64,000 bases of DNA from an uncultured Chloroflexia bacterium (GTDB taxonomy: Bacteria; Chloroflexota; UBA6077; JACCZL01). This document shows positions 53,127 through 63,512 of this stretch, piece after piece. Made by a program: the position numbers and the translations under genes. The first letter of the stretch is position 1. Every line of letters begins with the position of its first letter. Under the pieces are notes generated by a model, which saw nothing but the letters and a program-made list of their open reading frames with translations, was not told the DNA's origin and did not search any database. The stretch spans positions 334,514 through 398,513 of the forward strand of contig CAVXYC010000001.1 in NCBI GenBank assembly GCA_963765765.1. Reading direction: 5' to 3'.

Positions 53127-53427
53127 CCGGCCCAACCCTTCAACGCACAAGCATCTAACTTCGAGTATACCGACGATGGGAAGGGCCGCCGTTCTCAGCG
53201 GCCTCCCATGGGACCGCGACATCCTGTTGGCTCGGCCCCCACGGGGCGCCGGCGAGGACTCATCGTTGAGGATACCCGCAGTTGGAGGCCAGAACGCACG
53301 CCTTTGAGCGCGCCAACACGCCACAAACACTAATAGCTCTCTGAACGGGGCGAGGGCGAGTACCTTCAGCCCACTATTGCGGTGTGAGAAACGGCGGGAT
53401 AAGTTCCGTACTACAAACGGGGGCGCT

Positions 53428-56400
53428 CTAGTGCACGAGCGATTGCGCCGGCCGCGGCGTGCGGGCGAGCTCTGCGAACTGGCAGAGCGCGTTGGCCAGG
53501 CGCATTTGCTCGGGGGTTCTCGCGCAGACGCTGAGCAGGTTGGGTGAGCAAACGAGGATGGCGGCACAGCGGGCTCGGGAGCTGGCCACGTTCAGGCGAT
53601 TGCGCGAGTAGAGAAAGCTCATTCCTCGGGGCGCGCCTTCCGGGTTGGACGTGGCCATGGAGTAAATGCTGACGGGCGCTTCCTGGCCCTGGAATTTGTC
53701 CACAGTCCCCACGCGTGCTTCCGTCGGAAGGCGCCGCTGAATCATTCCCACCTGGGCGTTGTACGGAGCGACGATGAGCACGTCTGCCCAGCCGATGTCG
53801 CGCTCAACCCCCTTTTGGTCCACCCAGGTTGCCGGACTTTCAACGAGCTCGCGAGCGATCTGAGCAACAACGAGTGCTTCCTCTTCCGAGGCCGTGTCGT
53901 TCCCTTCGTGCTCGACGGGCCACAGCCAGAGGCCAGGGCCATCGAACAGGCCGGTGGCGATGGCCTGATTGCATAGCTGCGATTCTGACACGAGCTTGCT
54001 TTCGTAGAACGCTTCCGAGGTGAACTGGCACACATTAGGGTGCAAACGCCAGGTAGTCTCGAGGAAAAGACCGCGATCGGACGGAATCGTTGCGTGGGCC
54101 CCCAGTAAGTGGCCGAGCGCCGAAGCGTCCGCCCCCGGTGGGTGAATACCTTTGAGCGGCTGGTCGAGCTGCTGCGGATCACCCAGCAAGACCAGTGCTC
54201 CCGCTGCGGAGGCCACCGCCGTCACGTACGCCAGAGACATCTGGCCGGCCTCATCCACGAAGAGCACGTCCACGCTGCACTCCATGTCTGGGCGCGACCA
54301 CAGCCAGGCCGTGCCGGCCGCGAGGTCGCATTCTCCCGATGCGAGCTCCGGGCCGACCGACTTTGAATCCGCTCCCTTTACGTTCGGATGATCGACACCC
54401 GCGCCATCTGGCGCATTCTGGATCGCGCACAGGTCCACTCCATCTGCAGCGGCCCTCAGGCACACCGCTTCCAGCAGGTTGCCGATCACCTTATGACTAT
54501 TGGCCGTGATGCCAACCTTTTTCCCCATTCGCAGGAGGTCCACGATCATGTGCGCGCCGGTAAACGTCTTTCCAGCGCCCGGTGGTCCCTGTATGGGGAG
54601 CACTGACTGAACAAGCGTGCGGCCGATCCGACAGGCTGCATCCAGGATGGACTCATCAGCGTGCTGAAGTGGTTGTCCTCCCTCGTTGGACTGGCCCCAG
54701 AGTTGCGGCGGCTCCCGCAAGAGGAGTGCGCGCGCCGCTCGGTTCGCTCCATTGGCGGTGATGCCATGCTCTGCAACCCATTCGCCGAGTCGCAGAAGAC
54801 TGTCGCGCATCACCGCGGAATTGACGTGATCCAGCGGAACGATAGACGTAGGGTGGGGAGCGGTGTTGTTCTTGCCGCGCTTTAGATCTATCGTGCGCTT
54901 GGCTTCGTCGATCGATTCGACCGTGCCGCACGACTTCATCGTGTTCGGATCGTGCACGGTGGAGTCGACTTTAATGGAGTGATCCTGTTCCGGGTAGCGG
55001 TAGCGATAGAGTACTGATCGCTGGACCTCGCCTACTCTGTCCAGAAACTCGAGGCCGCCAATAGGCTCGCGCGCTTCGACGCGCTCTTCGTCGTTCAACT
55101 CGGTCATCAGGTGGAAATACTGCCACCAGGTGGATTTCTCCTCCCGTCGGTGCCAGCTCAATAGCTGGGCTAGAAGCCAGCGCGCGTGCTGCTCCGCGTC
55201 GCGCTTGCTAGGGTCCAACGACACGCCATCGGTCAGTCGCGCGGCCAGCTCCTCGGTGCGTTGCAAAATCTCGCTCAGCTCGGCGGGCGGCTCTGCATCC
55301 TTCGGCATCGGCCGCGGCACGTGTGTTCCGGCGACAACGAGCGAGTCGCGTCGCCCCTCGAGCCAGTCTCGCAGCCGCCAGGTACTGAGCACGTCGTCGC
55401 GGTTGTAGAGTCGAATGTTCTCCAGATGATCGGCTCCGGGGCGCTCTCCATCACTGAGCTGCAGCCACTCCTCGAACTCGGCAATGCTCGAGCCGGCGTC
55501 CCGCAAGCCGATGGTCCGAGTGAGGCCGTAGAGCGGCTCGAGCTTCTTGATGGAATAGCTCTCCACGGACGCGCGCAGCCCCTGGCGTACGACACGGTAG
55601 AGGTCCACGAAAATACCGCCGCGCAGGAGACGGTCCACCTCGTCTTCGCGCGTGCCGTAGCGGCCCATGAGTCGTTTGAACGCGGCCGGCTCGTATGGCG
55701 CGTAGTGATAGACGTGCATGTTAGGGTCGGTGTCTAACCGATCGACGATCAGATCGATGGTCTTCTGGAAGGCGGCGCGCTCACCCTCGAATGAAAATTC
55801 CCCGGACTCGCCCTGTGACCAGATGTAATGGAACGTGGGCTCGCCATGGTCATCGAGAACAGCCGGCTGTAGAACACCGAAGAGGTATTCCAGCCCGGTG
55901 TTGAAGGCGAATGGGTCACCCTCCAGGTCCAGGAAGAGATCACCCGGTGAAGGCGGCGGCAGGCATGCGAGCCCGGATTCTTGCACTGGCTCCAGAAGCT
56001 CGTGGAGCGTCGCATTGCGCTGGCGGCCTTCGAGCTGAATACGCGCTTGTTCGCGCACTCGCTGCATCGCTGTCGAGCTGGTCTTCACCGGGAGCGGGCC
56101 CAGGGGCAACGTGAGGTCGCCAGGGCCGTGAGCGTGGTAACGCCTCGACTGGTGAGCTCGACGCCTCTGTCCGCTGCTGATGCCGGCTACCAGGCTCAGG
56201 TGATCGGAATCCCGTCGATGCTGGTTGCAGTTGACGATCCAGCGGCACACGTCGCAATGCTCCAGCGGATCGGGCGCCATGGGTAGCGGGTAGACAGCCG
56301 CAAGGGCATTCTCGCCAACGGCCTCCTCAAACCTCCGCCGAGCCATGCGGTAGTAGGCAAAGTAGTCGTCCACCCGGAAAGTCTCGGTGCGGCGGGGATT

Positions 56401-56946
56401 TCCGCCGAGGATGACGTGCATCTCTCGGGGCCGCAATCCTTGCAATCGCTCGAGCTGATCTACGTAGCTGCAGATCTGTAACAGCGCGCTGGCTTTGACG
56501 TGACGCGCCAGCTTGGTGTCCGCCACTTCATAGTGGTATTCGCCGAACATGCTGGGACGATCGGGACTCTCGACCCGGTGAAGGAAGTCCGCGTGGCCCA
56601 CCCATTGACCGTCAAAGAATGTAGCCTGGTAGACGAAGGCCGCTCCACGAGTCATTGCCGCGATCGTGGCCTCGGCCTCTCGCCGCAGCCTCTCCCCGGG
56701 TGGCTGATCCATTGAATCGGTATCTACGACGAATACTTCCTTGGATCCGGCACGGAGCTCATCCAGGTACCGCTTCTCGTGCTCGAAGCCGCGCCGTTGG
56801 ATGACTTCCAGCTCACGATCGTGGTAGTGCGGAATGGGTACGAGCTTAGCCAGCGCGGCGCGCTCCAGGCTTGTCAGGTTGGCACATGCCAGAAAGCCCA
56901 CCAGGTCGGTAGCCGAGTAGACCGGCTCTCCATTAACGATCTGCAT
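53428..56946 (-). CDS. TM0106-family RecB-like nuclease / RNase H-like / DNA2-NAM7 (SF1) helicase
   Basis: YSATDL..FL.C; GHADFL..YEVADTKLA..Q..SY (PD-D/ExK); FLDLEGDP, YHYAPYE, YSIKKLE, YNRDDV; QGPPGAGKT, DEAGQ, GDPQQL, TVDKFQGQE, NRLNVASSRAR; compensating frameshifts near 56120-56165. Confidence 0.92.
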   Translation of the reverse strand: MQIVNGEPVYSATDLVGFLACANLTSLERAALAKLVPIPHYHDRELEVIQRRGFEHEKRYLDELRAGSKEVFVVDTDSMDQPPGERLRREAEATIAAMTRGAAFVYQATFFDGQWVGHADFLHRVESPDRPSMFGEYHYEVADTKLARHVKASALLQICSYVDQLERLQGLRPREMHVILGGNPRRTETFRVDDYFAYYRMARRRFEEAVGENALAAVYPLPMAPDPLEHCDVCRWIVNCNQHRRDSDHLSLVAGISSGQRRRAHQSRRYHAHGPGDLTLPLGPLPVKTSSTAMQRVREQARIQLEGRQRNATLHELLEPVQESGLACLPPPSPGDLFLDLEGDPFAFNTGLEYLFGVLQPAVLDDHGEPTFHYIWSQGESGEFSFEGERAAFQKTIDLIVDRLDTDPNMHVYHYAPYEPAAFKRLMGRYGTREDEVDRLLRGGIFVDLYRVVRQGLRASVESYSIKKLEPLYGLTRTIGLRDAGSSIAEFEEWLQLSDGERPGADHLENIRLYNRDDVLSTWRLRDWLEGRRDSLVVAGTHVPRPMPKDAEPPAELSEILQRTEELAARLTDGVSLDPSKRDAEQHARWLLAQLLSWHRREEKSTWWQYFHLMTELNDEERVEAREPIGGLEFLDRVGEVQRSVLYRYRYPEQDHSIKVDSTVHDPNTMKSCGTVESIDEAKRTIDLKRGKNNTAPHPTSIVPLDHVNSAVMRDSLLRLGEWVAEHGITANGANRAARALLLREPPQLWGQSNEGGQPLQHADESILDAACRIGRTLVQSVLPIQGPPGAGKTFTGAHMIVDLLRMGKKVGITANSHKVIGNLLEAVCLRAAADGVDLCAIQNAPDGAGVDHPNVKGADSKSVGPELASGECDLAAGTAWLWSRPDMECSVDVLFVDEAGQMSLAYVTAVASAAGALVLLGDPQQLDQPLKGIHPPGADASALGHLLGAHATIPSDRGLFLETTWRLHPNVCQFTSEAFYESKLVSESQLCNQAIATGLFDGPGLWLWPVEHEGNDTASEEEALVVAQIARELVESPATWVDQKGVERDIGWADVLIVAPYNAQVGMIQRRLPTEARVGTVDKFQGQEAPVSIYSMATSNPEGAPRGMSFLYSRNRLNVASSRARCAAILVCSPNLLSVCARTPEQMRLANALCQFAELARTPRPAQSLVH

Positions 56947-57212
56947 ACGCCCCCAGCCCGAACCCGCCGGTTCGGCTCGGCCGATCATGCCCGCAAGACC
57001 CAGAACCCCGCAAGCACCATTCGTACTCAATTGAGAGATACATTTGGATGCATTGCGCTGACGTCCTACAGCGACATTGGGTCCGAAGTAGGCGATGTTC
57101 GCCCGGTCGGCCGCGCACCAACGGCGCAGACTGCAATTGCCAGCAGGCGTCTCATGACCTAGCATGAATCGCAGTCGACGGTATCCATAGAGGGCGAGGT
57201 ATCCCGCGGGCT

Positions 57213-58457
57213 ATGAGCGAAGGTCCAGTGTTACGGATTGGAGTCATCGGCCTCGGGTTTGCGAGCACGGTCATGCTGCCGGAGCTATCGGCTCATCCGC
57301 GGGTAAAGATCACGGCGGGCGCGGACATGCGGCCGGAGGCCACCGAGGCGTTCGGACGGCAATTCGGGGCGGAGACGTACTCGAGCGCGGAAGCGCTATG
57401 CGCCAGCCGTAATGTCGACGCGGTGTATGTGCTTTCGCCGAATCGCTTTCATGCCCAGCACGCGATTATCGCCGCGGAGCACGGCAAGCAGGTCTTCGCC
57501 GATAAGCCAATGGCGCTCGGTCTGGAAGACTGCGATCGTATGATCGCGGCGGCGCAGCGGAACGGCGTGCGCTTGCTGGTGGGACATACGCAGAGCCTTG
57601 ATCCGGGCATCCGCGCGATGGCGGACATCGTAGCCAGTGGCGATCTTGGCGCACCGATGATGTTCCACACCTGGTATTTCAACGACTGGCTGTATCGGCC
57701 GCGCAGCCCCGACGAGTTGGATCCGTCCAACGGCGAGGGCGTCGTATTCCGCCAGGCGCCCGTGCAGGTCGACATCCTGCGCATGCTGGGCGGCGGTCGC
57801 GTGCGCAGCGTCAAGGCGCGCACACGCGTAGCCGATCCCGAGCGACCTGTCGTAGGCGCGTGCACGGCGTTCCTGGAATTCGAGGATGGCACGCCGGCGA
57901 CAATGGTCTACAACGCGTACGGACACTTTGACGTGAGCGAGCTGAGCTATGGCCTCGGCGCGCAGTTTCTGGCGCCGGGCAATGTGCGCGATCCCGAAGC
58001 CAATCTCGCGGCGCGCCGTCGCATCAAGGGCTTCACTGGTCCGGAAGATGAACTTGCGTACAAGAGCTCCACGCGCTTTGGAGGCTCCCGAGCGGCCACG
58101 GCGCCCCCCGCTCCGAAACCGGGTGAGGCGCGCCAGAATTTCTTCGGCCTGACGATTGCAAGCTGCGAGCACGGCGACATTCGACAGACGCCGAACGGGT
58201 TGATTGTCTACGGCGACGATGAAGTGCGCGAGGTGCCCGTGCCACTGGGCGAGGGTCAGCCTCACCGTTACACCTGGTCTGAGCTGGACATCATGCTGGA
58301 CGCCTGGATAAACGATCGCCCGCTCTATTCACACGACGGCGCCTGGGGTAAAGCGACCCTTGAGGTCTGCCTGGGCATTGAGCAGTCATCGCGTGAGCGC
58401 CGGGAAGTGGAGATGCAACACCAGTCGACGTACCCGAGTGAGACGCTCACGGGCTGA
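57213..58457 (+). CDS. Gfo/Idh/MocA oxidoreductase, phthalate cis-4,5-dihydrodiol dehydrogenase (Pht4/OphB)-like
   Basis: GVIGLG, DKPMA, YFNDWLYRPRSPDELD...GVVFRQ..QVDILRMLGGG, YGHFD, FFG..IASCEHGDIRQ, HDGAWGKATLEVC. Confidence 0.9.
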   Translation: MSEGPVLRIGVIGLGFASTVMLPELSAHPRVKITAGADMRPEATEAFGRQFGAETYSSAEALCASRNVDAVYVLSPNRFHAQHAIIAAEHGKQVFADKPMALGLEDCDRMIAAAQRNGVRLLVGHTQSLDPGIRAMADIVASGDLGAPMMFHTWYFNDWLYRPRSPDELDPSNGEGVVFRQAPVQVDILRMLGGGRVRSVKARTRVADPERPVVGACTAFLEFEDGTPATMVYNAYGHFDVSELSYGLGAQFLAPGNVRDPEANLAARRRIKGFTGPEDELAYKSSTRFGGSRAATAPPAPKPGEARQNFFGLTIASCEHGDIRQTPNGLIVYGDDEVREVPVPLGEGQPHRYTWSELDIMLDAWINDRPLYSHDGAWGKATLEVCLGIEQSSRERREVEMQHQSTYPSETLTG

Positions 58458-58476
58458 GCGTCTTTAAGGAGACCAG

Positions 58477-58640
58477 ATGACCTCAATCCCGATCATCGAC
58501 GGCGATGGCCACATCCTGGAAGATGCCAGCGGCATCAGCAAGTTTCTCCGGCAGCCCTACAACAGCCGGCGGGAGTACGCGATGTTCCACCTCTTCCCGC
58601 CGCTTGACCATCTTCACGGCCAGCCGTTCGAGACGCCCCA
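58477..58640 (+). pseudogene. N-terminal fragment of an amidohydrolase, truncated at the IS5 junction
   Basis: AAGGAG RBS; IIDGDGHILED metal motif; similarity ends near 58640. Confidence 0.7.
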
Positions 58641-59296
58641 CAGCTCGGGTGTGGCAGCGGCATGACCTGTTGGCGGCGCCTGCGCGCCTGGCAGCAGGTC
58701 GGGGTGTGGCACCGACTGCACCCCTGCTGCTCGAGCGCCTCCACGTGGCCGGGCGGATCGACTGGGGCCGCGCCAGCCTCGACTCGGCCAGCATCCCGGC
58801 TAAAAGGGGGGCGGGGCCGCGGAGGAGGTCGGCCCGAGTCCGACCGATCGGGGCAAGCCGGGCTCCAAGCGCCACCTCCTGGTGGATCGGCGGGGGACTC
58901 CCCTGGCGGTCTGCCTCACCGCCGCGAACGTCCCGGACAGCACGGTCTTCGAGCGTGTCCTCGAGGCGGTCGAGCCGCTGAAGCGCGGCGGGCCGGGACG
59001 CCCCCGGTGTCGCCCCGACACGCTGCACGCCGACAAAGCGTACGACCGGCCGCATTGCCACCGGTACCTGCGTCGGCGAGGCATCGGCGACCGCATCGCC
59101 CGCATTGGGATCGAGCCGCGGGACCGCCTGGGCCGCCACCGCTGGGTGGTGGAGCGCACGCTGGCGTGGCTCAACCGCTTCCGCCGGCTGACGATGCGCT
59201 ACGAGCGCTTGGGCGACGTGCATCTGGCCTTTCTTGACCTCGCCTTCGCCCTCCTCTGCCTTCGCCTCCTGGAGCACCGGCTTTGTTAGGCACCCT
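58641..59296 (+). mobile_element. 5'-truncated IS5-family (IS427 group) element with two-ORF transposase
   Basis: LGCGSGMTCWRRL..WQ..GVW, DSAS, AAAAGGGGGG slip site at 58802-58811, GPSPTDRGK.GSKRHLLVD, ADKAYD, RWVVERT.AWL..FRRL..RYER; end TTTGTTAGGCACCCT followed by AA. Confidence 0.88.
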
Positions 59297-59454
59297 AAAT
59301 CGAAAAATTCCGATCGCGGCATTCAAGGTAAGCCCGAGGTTAGCGAATCTAACGATGGCCTCGGAGCGATACATCTATGGTGAAGTGCTTGGGACAAGTT
59401 CCGAGGTGTGATCGTGGGGCGTTCCAGCCCAAACTTAGACGTCACATTCCGACC

Positions 59455-59826
59455 CTAGAGGCCGAACGCCTGGCTTATGTCATCCCCCCATTCAGACCAA
59501 ATCTCAGCAAGTCCGCCGCATGCGCTCAACGCCGAGCCTAGACCTAGGAGAAGTGCACGCAGCACGCCTGGTTTGGCTCGTGCTTCGGAAGGCAACGTCG
59601 CCTGGCGACCGATTTCTTCGATCTGTTGAAGAATCATTCGGCGGTCGTCACTAGAAATCTCGGAACTACTGACCACCGCCTCAGTCAAATGCGCCAACGC
59701 CGATCCGACGTGGGCCATATCGGTTTCGTTCAGTTCAGTAACATTCGACTGAATGGCGTTGACACTCCCCAATATCTCGGCACCTAAGACACCAATTTCG
59801 CTGTCCGAGACATTGATGATTGTTTT
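59455..59826 (-). CDS. hypothetical helical protein (start uncertain)
   Basis: Open frame IINVSDSEIGVL...ALAHLTEAV..S.EI...EIGRQA.LP...KPGVL; in frame with the upstream ORF. Confidence 0.55.
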   Translation of the reverse strand, partial: KTIINVSDSEIGVLGAEILGSVNAIQSNVTELNETDMAHVGSALAHLTEAVVSSSEISSDDRRMILQQIEEIGRQATLPSEARAKPGVLRALLLGLGSALSACGGLAEIWSEWGDDISQAFGL

Positions 59827-60603
59827 TCAAACCAACCGGCGCACCTCCGATCTGATTCCCTGTGCTAACAACAGTCCGTGTCGAGTCGCGTAAGCCTTAT
59901 CCTCCATGTTTATGCCCATCGCATCCCCCGCAATGATGCCACCTCGGCGCAGGGCCATCTCGATCTGCGATGCAGGCGTTTCCAGTTCAAGTGCTGTTAG
60001 TGGCCGCAGCGTCGCCCGAGTCGCTAGAACCACAAGTAGATAGAGAAGGTACAAATTAGTAAGAAATAGTCGCCCAAAGATCAGTATGAACGGCAAATCG
60101 ACCAAAAACAAAAGTATGAAAATGTCGACAAAGAAAGAGATCCGAAAATATTCCGGGACCCGTCCAATGAGTACGGCAATGGCTTTTCTAACCACGGATC
60201 GGTAGTTATAAGGAGCCCCCAAGTGACGACGGAGACTGTCCTTTAGGATGCTTGACGCATCTGGCACGGTCGGCATCAAGCAGACAAGGAAGCGACTATT
60301 CTGACCGAAGAGTGTGGAAACGGGCTCAGCCACAAGACCGCGATCTGGAACCATGTGCGCGATGGTGGACTGATCCGCCAATATCGCGACATGGCTCACT
60401 TCAGACTTGGTTAAATACATGACTGCCCAGGAAATGACATCATTCATCGTGCCCAGGACAATCAAGTTCCCCGGTCGCAGCAGGTAAGGGTTACCTTGAG
60501 GGAGTCGCTCTTCAAATGCCGTTCCCATGATCGTGTCAGGTGCACCCCGGGAGTACCTTCCGGCGCGAGCGCGATACTTCATGTAGTCCCAGATGGCGAA
60601 CAC
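59827..60603 (-). CDS. membrane protein with permuted NlpC/P60 (YiiX-like) N-terminal features
   Basis: [30 protein letters not shown] followed by hydrophobic helices; AT-richer DNA. Confidence 0.5.
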   Translation of the reverse strand: MFAIWDYMKYRARAGRYSRGAPDTIMGTAFEERLPQGNPYLLRPGNLIVLGTMNDVISWAVMYLTKSEVSHVAILADQSTIAHMVPDRGLVAEPVSTLFGQNSRFLVCLMPTVPDASSILKDSLRRHLGAPYNYRSVVRKAIAVLIGRVPEYFRISFFVDIFILLFLVDLPFILIFGRLFLTNLYLLYLLVVLATRATLRPLTALELETPASQIEMALRRGGIIAGDAMGINMEDKAYATRHGLLLAQGIRSEVRRLV

Positions 60604-60679
60604 ATAAAGATCGTAACCGAAGTGGATCCATCATCTCGACTCATATCTGCGATAAGAATCAGGGCAGGCAATGCCGTCG

Positions 60680-61115
60680 CTCCCAAGGCCGCGCGGCCGC
60701 CGTCGTGGCCGGCGCGCGGACCGAAGTTGATGATCCAGTCGGCGTGGGCCATGACCACCTCGGGGTCCTCGATGACGATGACCGACTTGCCGGAGTCGAC
60801 GACGCGCTCGAAGCAGGCCGAGGTGCTGCTCGACGTCGGCTAGATGCACGCCGCTGGTCGGCTCGTCGAGGACGTGGATACCGCCCTTCTCGGCCACCTG
60901 CTTGGCTAGCTTGAGCCGCTGCCGCTCGCCGCCGGACAGCGTGGTGAGCGGCTGGCCGAGCGTCAGCGTAGCCAAGCCCAACGTCTTCCAGTCGACCGAG
61001 AATCGTGGCCGCCGGCGCCTTTGTCCTCGCCCTCTGAGAAGAACCTCAAAGCCGTCGACACCGGCAGATCGAGCACCTCGGCGCTATTCAGGCCGCCGAA
61101 GCGAAGCCCAGCACT
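60680..61115 (-). pseudogene. C-terminal remnant of a UvrA-like (class II/DrrC-type) ABC ATPase
   Basis: [55 protein letters not shown]; frameshifted and lacking the N-terminus. Confidence 0.8.
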
Positions 61116-61402
61116 GAGACCTCAAGTCGCTTGCTCCGCAGTCCTCACGCGCGTGGCGACTGTCTCCATGAATCCAAGCACGGTGTAGGTCGTCCTGTTA
61201 CCATCGCATGTCGGGCAGGCCGTCGGAGTTGGCAGTACTAGAGAGCACGGCTTCACCTTGTTGGTACCTCGAGAACGCGGCGCGCTTCGGGCCAGGAGGC
61301 CAGCGTACTCGTAGGGTAATAAAGAAGTCTCCTGCCCGGTCAGTGATACAGACTCTCTGAGCGGGCCTGACTTAGTCAACCGACTACTCCCGGATCGATC
61401 GG

Positions 61403-62208
61403 CTACGCGTCTATCGTCTGCCCGCCATCCACCACGAACGCGTGGCCGGTGACGAAGGACGACTCGTCAGAGGCCAGGAAGAGCATCGGGTAGGCGATCT
61501 CCTCGGGGCGGGCCATGCGCTTCTGGACGCGGATGTTCTCGGCAGCGCGCTGAAGGGCGCCTTCGAGATCGCCGGAGGCTGCGAATTGGCGCATGATGCG
61601 CGGCGTGTCGGTGACGCCCGGGCAAACACAATTGACACGGATGCCGGGGCCGTAGTCCAGCGCCATGGTCTTGGTCATGTTGATCACGGCGGCCTTCGAG
61701 GCACAGTAGGCGGCGTATTGCTCGGTGACCAGGATGCCCAGGCTGGAGGCCATGTTGACGATGTTGCCGCGCTGCTTCGGAATAAAGTGCTCCAGCGCCG
61801 CGCGCGAGCAGTGGAAGACGCTGTTCATGTTGGTGTTCATAAGCCAGGTCCACTGCTCGTCGGTCAGCTCCGCCACGCCGCCACGCACGCCACTCCCGGC
61901 GTTGTTCACCAGGATGTCCAGGTCGCCGAACTGCTCTAGCGCCGCGGCCACCATGGCGTCGCACTCGGGGATTGGTACGTCGGCCTGGAAAAACGCCGCC
62001 TGGCCGCCGTCCTCGGCAATAAGCCGATCGATGCGCTTCATGCCGGACTCGACAGGTCCGCGCAAGGACCGCGCGCCCTCGCGCGCGAATAGCCGAGCGG
62101 TTGCTCGTCCGATGCCGCTGTCCGCGCCCGTGACGATCGCGACTTTGCCGTCCAGCCGGCCCGACCGGGACCGATCAGGGGATGCTCGTCTGTCTGGTTC
62201 ATGGTCAT
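61403..62208 (-). CDS. SDR family oxidoreductase (several indels)
   Basis: GKVAIVTGADSGIG, LVNNAG, NMAS, YCASK, IRVNCVCPG, VTG...VDGG. Confidence 0.9.
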
Positions 62209-62217
62209 GATGACCGC

Positions 62218-63307
62218 CTACAGAGGGTAGAACGCGCGCGCGTTGGTGCACAGGATCTTCTCGATCACCGAGGCTGGCACGTCCGTGCGCTCGCGCATCT
62301 TGCGCGTCATGTTGTCCTCGAACGATTGGTCCTGATGCCGTAGTCGGAGCCGATGAAGATATGGTCCTCGTCGATGTAGTTGAGCAGCATCGCCAGGTCC
62401 TCGTCGGCCTCACAGGCGATCCAGAAGTTGTAGTCCGGAAAAGCGCCGGTCCATCCCGCCCCTGCATGACGCTCGTCGAATCGTCGCATTGGTGAATCAG
62501 GTACGGGACCCAGCTCGCCCCGGACTCGATGAAGCCCCACTTCAGGTTCGGGAACTTTCGGGGAACCGGTTGGCGACGATGTCGCGGAAGGCCATGAGCG
62601 GCAGCATGCGCGAGTGGCGGCAGCGTGTGGCTGATTCGCACGTCGAAGACCGACGAGATCGTCGGCGAGCCTGCGCCGGTATGGATGCAGATCGGGAAGT
62701 CGATATCGTTGGCCGCCTGGTACAGCGGGAAGAAGTACGGTCCGCGAGCGAGTGGTTGCCCTCGACGCCGCGCACGTAGACGCCCACCGAGCCGTGCTCC
62801 TTGGAGTAGCTGGATCTGCTCGATGCGAAGCCATCGATCGACGTGAGGGGTAGAACCGCGGTCCAGCGAAGGCGGCCCTTGCCCTTCCTCCAGGCCTCGG
62901 CCATGAACTTGTTGTAGGACCAGGCACAGAGCCGTATCCAGCTCGGGATCGTCGGTGAGGTTAGACCCGAACAGCGTGGAGTAGATCACCTCCACCTCAG
63001 CGCCCGCTCTCGTCGAGATCGCGAAGACGCAGCGCGGGTCGGTACACTCGCGCACCGGCAGCTCGATGTCCGTGCGGGCCACCTGAGCATCCATGGCGGA
63101 AGGGCTGATCAGAAAGCACTGCCCTTCCCGGCCGACTTCGGGACGATGTTGCCGTCGATAAGCCAGAAGGCGTTGAACGCCTTGTACAAGGGTGTCGCTG
63201 GGTGCTTTGAGCAGCACCGGCCGCCGATCATACAGCTCCGCTGGGAACTCGTCCCACATGGCGCCAGGCTCGATGATGTGTGTGTCAGCGTCGATAACCC
63301 CGGGCAT
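62218..63307 (-). CDS. amidohydrolase family 2 protein (many frameshifts)
   Basis: VIDADTHIIE, EVIYSTL, ICIHTG, FIESGASWVP, IACEADED, IGSDY, NARAFYPL* across frames; AAGGAG RBS. Confidence 0.82.
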
Positions 63308-63512
63308 TGGTCTTCTCCTTTATTACGGACTGTTATAGAGCGCCACCATGTACGTGGTGGGCGCTTTAACGCTTTTTCAGGGAACACGAAGCCAGCGAAG
63401 TGAGGCGGCTTGCGTGCGCAAAGCAGCCGTCGTCGGCCTCGTTATCTGCGGGCCGACATCGTTGCGCTCGCTAGTCATCCATTCGACGCTGAAGCGCTCA
63501 CTAAAATATGCA

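Noticed and set aside
53127-53567. Long N-terminal extension of the DUF4126-like ORF
   Set aside because: Low-complexity translation overlapping the helicase 3' end; family similarity starts at Met 53126.
58483-59322. 279-aa minus-strand ORF
   Set aside because: Antisense shadow of the IS5 transposase.
59827-59829. Selenocysteine readthrough at the in-frame TGA
   Set aside because: No redox motif context and no obvious SECIS hairpin; a homopolymer error is the simpler explanation.
61403-63307. 634-aa amidohydrolase-SDR fusion shown in the ORF track
   Set aside because: Artefact of multiple frameshifts. The amidohydrolase ends NARAFYPL* at 62218 in another frame, and the SDR has its own start near 62208.
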